A stretch of DNA of 37,426 bases from Lenisia limosa (lineage: Eukaryota; Protista; Breviatea). The notes below the pieces were generated by a model. The model searched no databases. It saw only the letters and a list, made by a program, of their open reading frames with translations, and was not told the DNA's origin. Position 1 is the first letter of the stretch, and each line of letters starts with the position of its first letter. The stretch is taken from the NCBI GenBank assembly GCA_001655205.1, contig LPNZ01009670.1, positions 1 to 37,426 on the forward strand. The letters are read 5' to 3'. A program made the position numbers and the translations under genes. Shown here in pieces: positions 11,801 through 22,100 of this stretch.

Positions 11801-13925
11801 ATATGTGCTGTGTGGGGGGGGGGGGCAGNNNNNNNNNNNNNNNNNNNNNNNNNNNNNNNNNNNNNNNNNNNNNNNNNNNNNNNNNNNNNNNNNNNNNNNN
11901 NNNNNNNNNNNNNNNNNNNNNNNNNNNNNNNNNNNNNNNNNNNNNNNTTTGTTTCAATTGAGTTCCAAGAAGCAATTAGCCTTGGGATCCATGGAGGTCT
12001 TTCCCCCTCTAAATTTTTATGACCCTTTTAGGTGATTGCAGGCAACACCGAAATCCCAATGTTCCAGGTTAGGGGCAATTGAACTTTTCTCTGTACTAAA
12101 TAATATGATGGTTAAACCTCAAACATATTTGATACCATCTGATATTTTGGACCGCTGTGAGAGAGGCCTAAAAAGATAGTGCCTTGATGGAATTAGTGAT
12201 ATCTAATATCTAATACACAAGTTCAGAACTGCTCTCCAGCTGCCTTATTTTGTTTCATCTTCAGTCCATCTTTTAGAACTTATTATTGTCTTCACAATTT
12301 AGTCATCAATTACCCTACTGTCACTCGCAGTACTTGATGCTGCTGCTGAGGTTGGCCGCATCCTTGGTCAATTTAAAAACTTTACAACTGTAATACAGCT
12401 CCAATATCGGGACCATGACCCAGTTTCTTACCCTTTAGAATGATGCCACCACAGTCCACAAGCTCTCTGTCCGCATCGGAGTGGCCACTGGAGGGGGCAT
12501 CGCCGGTGTTATTGGGTCATTGAGACCTCGCTATCTTGTGGTAGGCTTCAATGGTGCTAGGTGTGACGAATGTGCAGACCTAAGCATTATAATGATGTTG
12601 AAAGTAGAAATATTCCCTTAAGTAATATAGTTTATTTAAAAATCAAAGAAACATAGTCATAGTATTTTTTTTTTTCAAGTACATAATTATGCGTGGTAGC
12701 AAGTTGAGTCAATTCCTAATGATCAATATGCAACGTATTACCAAACTTGATGCCATTTATTAAAGTTTCTAGTGGGGTGAAGCAGTGTCGCTTGCAAGTG
12801 ATCTTGAACAGGTTTGTGGGGGTGGCTGGGTATTTTAGAGTTAGAGCAAGATTTCAATCCAGAAATGGCTCGGAGAGTAATCAAAACTATTTAATAAGAC
12901 TTAACAACGGGATTTACAATTGGTGTTTCTTTATTTTCTGTTCTCAATGATGGTGTTCATTTTTAGTTTTGCAATATTCTGTTCTCTGATTTTGTTTTTT
13001 TTTTGGAACAAAATTTGTCAAATTACAATACATTGAGCTTTAAAGCAGCAAATGATTATTCAGGTTTCCGATCTCAACCACGTGACAATTGACCAACGGA
13101 CAGCCACTGCCCTGTTGGAACAGGTTTGTACTTGTTATCAAAAATGGAAATGCTGTAAAAAGGTGAAGTAAACCAAAGTAACAATACAACCAGCTGGGAT
13201 TGCTCAGTCTGGTGCTGTAGTCATTAACAATTCAGCACACTGTGTCACAAATTGAGTCAAGCACTTCGAATGTTCCTATTCTCATCCAGGTATGCGGCCG
13301 GGGATAGTGCCTGACTATTGTTGATTTCAAAGTTGAATTAATTGATGCTAGCGCATTTACTCTTTTAACTTAAACAGCTTTCTTTATAAGTGAGAATGCT
13401 AACCGCAATTATTACTACTTTGACAATTGTCCTAAATCAAAGGATAACTTCCCCTTTTCCGGTCACCTGTTAGAATCGCTGTCAAGGCTTCGACCCAGCC
13501 AATCATCGTGACAACTGCATGAGATGCGTCAGAATCACGCCGAAAACTGACGTATGGTGGTGAACCTGTGTTTTTTTTATTTAATTTCTTTTTCTGTTTT
13601 TACTTTAAATTTCCATGTTATTGTCTCCAGGAAAAGCTAGATGATGATCGTAATACACGGCTCCGAGCAGCTGAGGTAAAAGTACGTGGGAATGCTGGGA
13701 ATCTTAACCGTGATGCAATTTGATTGTCACGTTTGTCTGTATCATAGTTATAGGCTGGAGCGATATACCAGGTACTCTGATTTCTCTCTGTTTAAGGTAT
13801 TGTTCACACAAAAAATGTTTCTGTATCCAGGTTTGTATCTTTCTTACGTTTTAATTGAAAAGATTAATTTCCTATTATCTCTTATTTTAAGACTCCTGTA
13901 GAGGGCAATCCCCTCCAACCAGTAA
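2886..13925 (+). CDS. Membrane class III nucleotide cyclase (TM cluster-C1-TM cluster-C2), probably a guanylyl cyclase; about 40 or more exons
   Basis: Hydrophobic exons at 3.5-4.9 kb and 9.2-10.5 kb. C1: MLKQMLPSHV (about 5145), VFQNVTVAFVY, CFKLEQVDYSLIYVGGLP, FSLTIGANSGTTSAGMLG, RQWVMVSSTLNKASR. C2: VLSTLLPSNV (about 11005), LQLDIAGFTKFS (11305), RLYTIGD (11587-11607), VRIGVATGGGIAGVIGSLRPRYLV, WGEAVSLASDLEQ. Start and stop positions are approximate. Confidence 0.9.
10668..10782 (+). repeat. Intron 3'-end repeat family, copy in cyclase intron
   Basis: cctgggctttg..ttgttttcaaccc..gtgtatag..gtcagccaagagagttgattttgggc..tttgtttcaataattttccatgttttaccccc..cag, ending at the acceptor AG. Confidence 0.85.
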
Positions 13926-13959
13926 TTGATGGTCGTTTGCCAAAGAATTCAGGAGTGTT

Positions 13960-15990
13960 ACGATGATATAAAATCAGATGCTGATAATTGGAGATTCATT
14001 GCGTTAACAGTATTGTTATCCAAATCTCAAATGACACTCACCTTTGTGGCTTTCACTGCTCAAGGGTAATCCATATCTCCGACCATTACCTTCCGCCAAG
14101 CTTTTAAAGTAATCTAAAAAAATCACAGGTAAATGCAAGCGTTTGAAGAAGTGATTAAACAGCTGTGATTACATTACCACTTGCATGGGGTTTAGAGGTA
14201 ATACCCTCCTCACCCATGGCCACTTGTTAATAGTATCATCACAAGTTTATTCGACAAAAGTTCTTGTAATTGCTATTTATCGCGGTGATTGTCAACTCAC
14301 AATTTTATGGAGGTGATTGGTGTCAACTGAAGCTGTCCAAAATTTTGATTGCCTCGAAAACTGCCAATGTGAGAATGATGATATCGGGATGTAAAACAAT
14401 GTTGAAAAGCTATATTTGTATGCTCAAACAAGTTACGCAATGAGATCATTTGTAAAAACTGCGTTCAGGTTCTAGAATATTCTTTACAAACTAACCTGAA
14501 ATGCTTGTCGGTTAATTTGAATGTTGCTAAAATCTCTAAAATGTGAGGAGTATAATATTTTGATGTTTTGAATTAACAAAGAGTATACACTGCTTTATTC
14601 AAAAGTGGAGAAAACCCATAAATCCATATTCATTCATTAAATATTTACGATCAACAAACTTGTAATCATCGGGATGACACAGTTCTGGAAACTCTGTATT
14701 GTAAGGCTCCCAAAACGTGGCTCTTTTCTCAGTCGTTTCGTGGAGTTTCCTTATAATCAACCAAAGGTATTTTTGAGAATCATTGGATGAATTTTATTAT
14801 CTTCGTACCTAATATTACTCGAATTCATCAGTGCTAATTGTTAAAAGTCAGGGTAAATATTTTGTAACAACGGGGTAATTTAAGACCACAATTGCTCATT
14901 ATGACATGTTGGTGAATCTAACATTGTTGCCTTGAGGTTTTTGTACGCAATGTTGTAGGCGGAGTCATCATTTCAGAATAGAATCAGGGCTGAGTGCAAA
15001 CTATGCGCTGCGAGGTCTGAAGAGGTATTAAACATACATAAAAAGATAAGGAAATTTGATTACATTTCCTTGTTTGATTAAATTGTAATTATAAAAGTTT
15101 CAACTTCATTTCCACATTATACCTCTAACTTGGTTTTTAGATAAAAAAATATATATTAATAGTGAATGGGCGTACTTGATGGGTACTTTTGCGCAAATTT
15201 CTTGAAGCCTCTGAGCCTGCAGAGAAGGTCATATCCTCCATCAAAACAGTAGCTTTTCATAGCCTCAAGCTCCACGGTTCCCGCCATATCGACCTGTTTT
15301 GGTCATCAAATCAACTTAAAACACGAATCCGTTTTCCATGTGATTAAACTCAATGTTAAAGATGGCAATAAGTGATTATGAACTGATCACAACAATATAT
15401 CATACATGTAATTACTTGAACAAATACAATCATTTGAATGCAATTTTGTGCTATTATTGACAAGCAATAAAACATGTAATTACATATGATATATTACCTC
15501 CATTTTCTTGACTTCATCAGGACTCTTTACACAGAAAGAACCGTCATCAATTCTAATATAAAGTAAACTAACTAATATTTCATCCACAACGAAGTGTTTG
15601 AGTTTAAAGAAGAAGTAGGATGGGAGCAATATAAATAGCTTGAACTTCTGTAAAAAATTAATATAAGTATTATTAACACATTACAAAATTTACTATGAGG
15701 TTTTTAAAATCCTCTGAATAGTTTGTATAAACATTTTTGAACTAATTTTTGGGTTAAATATTGTTCAGTTCCCACAGTCGATACAATGCGGATGTCATTT
15801 GATACTTAAATTGCTTTGATACATGGTCGCATGAGTTTGCACCATATCTTGTAGATGTCCAATAAAGTAAGTAATCTTGTTTTTGAATCACTTTAAACAC
15901 AGACTGGGATAACGTTGTGCAAGGGTAATATGGTTTTGTCTCCCCCTCCCCCATTATTCTAAGTTCTGGTGCTTTTTCATGAAAGTGAGA
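13960..15990 (-). CDS. Hypothetical multi-exon protein with a possible in-frame TGA (possible pseudogene)
   Basis: Phase-consistent exons: ..YLLYWTSTRYGANSCDHVSKQFK | IDDGSFCVKSPDEVKKME | VDMAGTVELEAMKSYCFDGGYDLLCRLRGFKKFAQKYPS | NLAAHSLHSALILF*NDDSAYNIAYKNLKATMLDSPTCHNEQL | KLHETTEKRATFWEPYNTEFPELCHPDDY | ..LFNIVLHPDIIILTLAVFEAIKILDSF. No family recognised; both ends uncertain. Confidence 0.6.
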
Positions 15991-16047
15991 GATAATGAAT
16001 ATATTACTCAAATATCAGCTTCATCCAAATTATTAATGTTCTATACA

Positions 16048-16082
16048 ATACAGAACATCTAAGTAGAATCAGGGGGCTAGTT
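16048..16082 (+). repeat. 35-bp dispersed repeat, copy 2
   Basis: atacagaacatctaagtagaatcagggggctagtt; same orientation as copy 1. Confidence 0.9.
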
Positions 16083-16147
16083 CTCGCAAACTACTTTGGA
16101 GAACAGACTGAAAACTAGAAGCAGATCTATATGAGCGCTACCATACT

Positions 16148-19100
16148 CTATGCCTTTCGTTTCCTTTGGAGGAACATCAAATTGGCCGCGGGCTTTTTCA
16201 CCTGCGTGGATTCGGGGTCATAGTTTGCCGGGATGCCCGGGGTGAACCTAGGGTGGGTGAAGGATTTGACAATAGGGGGACGGTGGAATGAGAAGTAGCT
16301 GAGACAAACCGAAAACACCAGGATGATAGGTGTGTGTTGTAAAGAAACAACAAATATTGGCATAGATAAGGTGATTGGGGACGAATGGAAAATAACATAA
16401 CATCTTCTCAGTAAAAAAAAAAGAATTTTAATGATTGTCAATACTGGAGTAAAGGAGCTTGACATTTTGATAACAGGGAGAAGCTACCCACTTTGGCTTT
16501 TTGAGGTGAAAATTGACGGGTTCAATAGGCCTAAAAGGTCACTTACCACATGGTGTTCTGCAAAAAAAACACAATAGCGCACTAATAGAAAACTAAGCAA
16601 CTAATTGCCCCTATTGCAACATATTCCGTACTTTGTAGCCTTGGCGTCTTTCTGCTCTTTTCCATCCTTCTTTTCCTCCTTATTGTCCTCCTTCTTGTCC
16701 TCCTTCTTCTCTTCAGGCTTGCTTTCAGGAACAATAGGCTCTGTAAGGGTAAAATAAGATTATCTTCATAATGGAATCATAAAGGTGGAACATAGTGGAA
16801 ATATAACAAAGTCAACATTGTGACAAGACTCTATAGTTCGACATCATAAAAACCTATTAATATTGCTTGGGGATTGAAGTCAATAATTGCGCATAGACGG
16901 GTAAAAATCAGTAATATCATGCAAACTAATTCCTGCTTTCTTCGAGAGAAGACGTTGAAGAGCCGACATCGCTTGCACAACCTTGATCAATTAAAAATCT
17001 TACGAGGAAAGCAAGGGTTTGCTGAATTGGTTGTACTGAATGCTAAGGATAATATTGATTTAATCACAAAAGCCTTGTTTCCGCAAATCAGAAGCACATA
17101 TATGTATAGTATTATAGAAACAAGAATATGACGGACCTTAAGAGGCAATAAAGTGCACTGATGTTGATATTAATCTTATTTCCATTTCAAGATAAAGCCC
17201 CCCCCCCCCNNNNNNNNNNNNNNNNNNNNNNNNNNNNNNNNNNNNNNNNNNNNNNNNNNNNNNNNNNNNNNNNNNNNNNNNNNNNNNNNNNNNNNNNNNN
17301 NNNNNNNNNNNNNNNNNNNNNNNNNNNNNNNNNNACTACACAGAAGTAGAGGCTTGCGAATAAAGGATACTGTTTCAGCAAATTAACAAGTACATACCTT
17401 GGTCCACCAAATGATCAAGGTCTTCTTTTCCGAGGATGCTAGCGAACTTATGGGCTTTGCTCAGTTTACGGGAAGGGAAGAGCTCCTGTAAACGGGGTTA
17501 TTTGAACCAATGTACCAAAGTAATTTAGATCAGTGATTGTTCACATTTAAACTGTATAATATTTAGAATTAAACATCTGTTAAATCGTTTTATTCCTTCA
17601 AATGTCTACATTAGAATATTTATGTATTGTGTCTCAAAATATTAGTATTTTACAGATCCCTGGAAAGCCAAATATTATAACCTCAACCCACGTTGGATTT
17701 ACGACTGGGATGGGCAATGGTCACGCACACAATCTAAAGAATTAAAATACCAGTTTATTTTTTATACGAAAACGATCTTCATGCAAAGTTTGGAATAATT
17801 ATTGATATTATTCGTAACTAGGGTGAAGCTAAAGTCCCTAATATTGAATATGAAAATCATATACTACTAGTATATAGTATATATTATGTACAATGACCGG
17901 GGGAAGTCTTGACCGATTTTCTACGTAGTTTCCCAGAGAAAATCGGTTAAGACTTCTTATCCCGGTCACTGTATATCATTTCCAGCTATAACACTACCAG
18001 CGCACAGCTTTGTTAATCTTCTCCTTCTTCTTGAAGGGAGGGACATAAGTCTCTCCTGGTTGGACGGGGGGTGCTCCTCCATCTGCAATGGGAAGTGGCT
18101 CATCTACCATAGAGATGACTCCTGAGGGGATTATAATTAGAAAATTGTCTTACACCAATAAAACAAAAACAACAAAAAAAAAATAACATCTGGAAACAAC
18201 TATTGTGAGTGAAATGGTTTTGCCTGAGGGGGAGGGAATATCAAATGCTGTTGAGTCTTTACTATTGCAAAAAAAAATAAAATGGAAAGGGTCTGTCTTG
18301 ACTCACCGGCCACATGGGTATCTTTGATGGTTGACTCAATCTCTTCACCTTCCTAAAAGGGTAAGTTGTGAATGATTGGGGAAGGAGTTCAGTTCGTCTC
18401 TTCACAAGACGGTAATTCACGACAAATGTTCATTGTGAAACTGTGGAAAAGTCATAACTATGGGATAATAAAATTGATATGTAAACATATCAAAAATATG
18501 ATGTTCGCATAAAACAAAAAAGAATTGAATCTACCTTTAGGTCAAGGTATTTTGCTCTGCTTGACGATGAAGGTTTGAAGAACATCAGAGATTTGGTAAC
18601 CTGGGAGGGGAAGTGAATGGTGCGAAAACGAATATAAGTTGATACATTTGATAGAATCTGCCAGAAACCATCTACATCACAGAAACTAATTATTGCAGAA
18701 AACAAACTCCAAATATTATATAAATTAAAAAGAGTGTAAAGATAAACAAGCACAAAAAAAACAATACCAGTGAATTTCAAAAAATACAAAGATAATACAC
18801 GGGGCCTACCCTATTCCTTCGTCTTTCACAGCCATTGAGTACCACGGCAGCAGGCTTACAGGCTTCAACAAGCCTGTCCATGTTGATGAAGGGAAGGAGC
18901 GCGACTCCTTGCCAACTTTGCTGCAATGATTGTGATGAAAAGTATGTATAAATCAGGAAAATTCTGGATATGAATTCAGACTGAAGCAATGTTACTACTT
19001 ATGATATAACTGTCACTCTCCTTTCAAATAAAAACTCTCAGTTTACCCCCTCTGAATGTAACCAATCACCCTCAAACCGTGACCCCCTCCATATCAATGG

Positions 19101-22100
19101 AGAAGTCAAGGGGATAGAAGTCGGCAATGGGCGATTGGGGGTTTGTCATGAGGTCGTGGTACTAGGGGGGGATAAATTTTTAATATATCAATTCAGAAAT
19201 TAAAAAAAAAATTATAAACATCAAAGCAAAAATAAAACCCAGTAAACAGCCTCACGTGTAAATAACATACACAAAAGTCGAACAAATATATTATCAGAAC
19301 AGGGTTCATTTAAATACCACGCAGTACGCATCGCTTGCTGCATCCCCGCAAACGCTCTTGGGAAGGGCTTCTTTAGAGTGGGCAGGGAGAACCGACATAA
19401 GTTGCTACTGGGGTCAAAAACTCAATATATTATGTAGAGTACTGTGGCAGTGGTTATGGGCGTCATGTAATTATATATGAACGTTTGGGGATCTGCACTT
19501 TTTACAATAATGTATTATACATTCGGATTAGTATCNNNNNNNNNNNNNNNNNNNNNNNNNNNNNNNNNNNNNNNNNNNNNNNNNNNNNNNNNNNNNNNNN
19601 NNNNNNNNNNNNNNNNNNNNNNNNNNNNNNNNNNNNNNNNNNNNNNNNNNNNNNNNNNNNNNNNNNNNNNNNNNNNNNNNNNNNNNNNNNNNNAAACTTG
19701 AATCCCTTCATAATCTGCGGATTGTTAAAGTTCAATCAAAGATTAGCAAAAGAGATACTGGAACTGTGATCATTAATCATCCCAATGTCACACAGTAAGT
19801 ACTTACATGAACTAAAAAAAGGCTATGACGCCATAAAGCCTACCTTAGTGGAGCCCTTGAGACAAGATGAGAATGGAGCATAGTGATAGGGGTAATACCA
19901 TGACCAAGAACCACAGCTGTTGGGTCAGAATATGATGGATCCTTACGATAAGAAAAAAACACACTCATCAAGTTATGGTTATGTGAGTATAATTATAAGG
20001 CTTTCACAGGGTCTTATTATCCAGCATCTTACCTTTACCCCATCCTACATCCTTTTCAAACAACACACCTCCCTCCCCCAAACTTTGGGCTTCACTTCTG
20101 TTCGAATAATACCGATAGTTTTCGAAGATTTATCGAGCAATTCAGTCCTTTTCGAACCGAAGTGGAGCCCTCCCCCGTACCCTTGGTAGTAATACGTCAT
20201 GACCCATTGCAAGCCTTGAAGATAGGCCTGAACCACCTCGAAGGATTCTCCAGTGTTACTGTCCAACTGCACGGGTTAGGGGTGGGACGCGACGAGGGAA
20301 AGGAGGAAGAAGTAAAAAAGGTAAAGGGGAGGGGGAGAGACATAGTGAAACCCCGAAAAACAAAGAAAACAGTGGAAGCCCACAAGAGAGTAAACGTAAA
20401 AACCAGCGGAATGAGGGAGGTGCATATTGTAAAAAAGTATAAGAGTGGAGACCTAAGACCTGGAGCTTCAAAGATGGTGAGCCAGCTTACCCCCAGCTTG
20501 GTTTTGTAGTATCTTTCTTTGTAGCCTGCCTGACCGAAAGACACCAAACCATGTGCTGTTTCTGGGGGGGGGGGGTCAAACCTGAATTGAGCTTATTACA
20601 GGACAAGGATTGTGCTGTTTGGACAAGAGCAATTAAAAGAAATTCAAGGGTTCCATGAGCTATCTCGTGTTAATAGGGAATGTGATATTATTATTATTGT
20701 ACTTTTGATTCGGTTATTGCGCCAATAGAGGTAAACAAGGTTTATCTAGCCGAAGCCGTCCACACCATTACGCTTATAAGATAATAAAAGTAGTCGTCAG
20801 CAAAGCAAAGGTCCGAAGATTAAAATAAGGCCATAAAGCGACAAGTTTTTCGTTCATGGTAGTGTTACAAGGAATTATTTGACAGCCATAAAACTATAAA
20901 TAAAATATCCATATAGCGCATCAGAATAAAGAGAACAGTCTCCAAAACAAAAGTGACAAAACAAAACAAAAGTACCAAAACAATGCAAACCTGTGACAGC
21001 CACCTCTTCTGTTGGGTCTTCTACAGCGGCTTCGGATGGCAAATCCCTGTTCTCATAGACCTGGAGTATTAGAGGAGGAAAGGATGAAGGAACACAACAC
21101 AAGAGGAAAGTCTTAATGATCAGATAAATAAAAGAAAGATATTATAAACACTTGAGAAAAAGTGATTTGACAGACTCATTGATATCTTTCAATAACAATA
21201 CTACTATCAAGAAATCCCTGCAAGAGATACGGCCAGTATATCTGCAAACCTTCTTCTTGATGACTTTCTTCTTTCGAACGCGGAAGGGGTTGAAGTCTTC
21301 GTCACTATCCTCTTCACTCGCATCCTCTTCTGAATAATGAAAAACGAAGCATTCTTGGTTTAATAATGTTGTTCAAGTGCATTAACTAAAACCCTGTGTT
21401 TGATCAAGTTAATTCTATTAATAAGCAAAAAAGGGGGAGTAACAATATTCAATTATAACAGAAATTATTGGAAAATGAGAATGATCTAATGAACCTTCCA
21501 ACCTTCTTTTTTAACTTCCTCGGACGACTCTTCTGCCTCCTTTGGTTCATTCGGGCCACCTGAGGAGGCGTCGTTGCTGGCTGTTCCAGCAGTGGTAGGG
21601 TCCTACGTATGACATTGGGGAAAGAGTAACATAATAAGGTAACTATAGTGCTAAAACCATCAAAACCATCGGATAGCAGTTGTGACCAGGTTTCTATTAC
21701 TTTCTTCCGAGTACGTTTGTTAATAATCTATTGCACTTCAGCCTACCGGTTGATCCCTTTCAGCTTGCTTCTCCGAAAGAGACGCCCGTCGCTTCAGTGC
21801 TGCCAGTCTAACAGCAGCGTCAACTCGGTTTGTTAGGTTGGATTGTGAACTAAATGCTCGCGAAAGGTCCAATTCCTGGATTGATGAGAAAGGAATAAGG
21901 CAAAGTGGGTGGGAAATGAAAATGGAAACAAATGGAATACAATAAATTTGTAGAAATGCCCAGATCTCTATGGTTTCACTAAAAAAAACTCTTTAAGTTT
22001 CAAGCAGATAGAAAATGACAGAGGTGGCAATGATGGAAATATATGCATATGTAGGCACCTTAAGACCAGCCATAACAGAAATATATATATATATGAATAC

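Noticed and set aside
19402-19410. CAG-TAG-CAA at an XRN2 exon start, which could read as Q(TAG)Q
   Set aside because: It is a NAGNAG acceptor; using the distal TAG gives a stop-free QLMSVLP.
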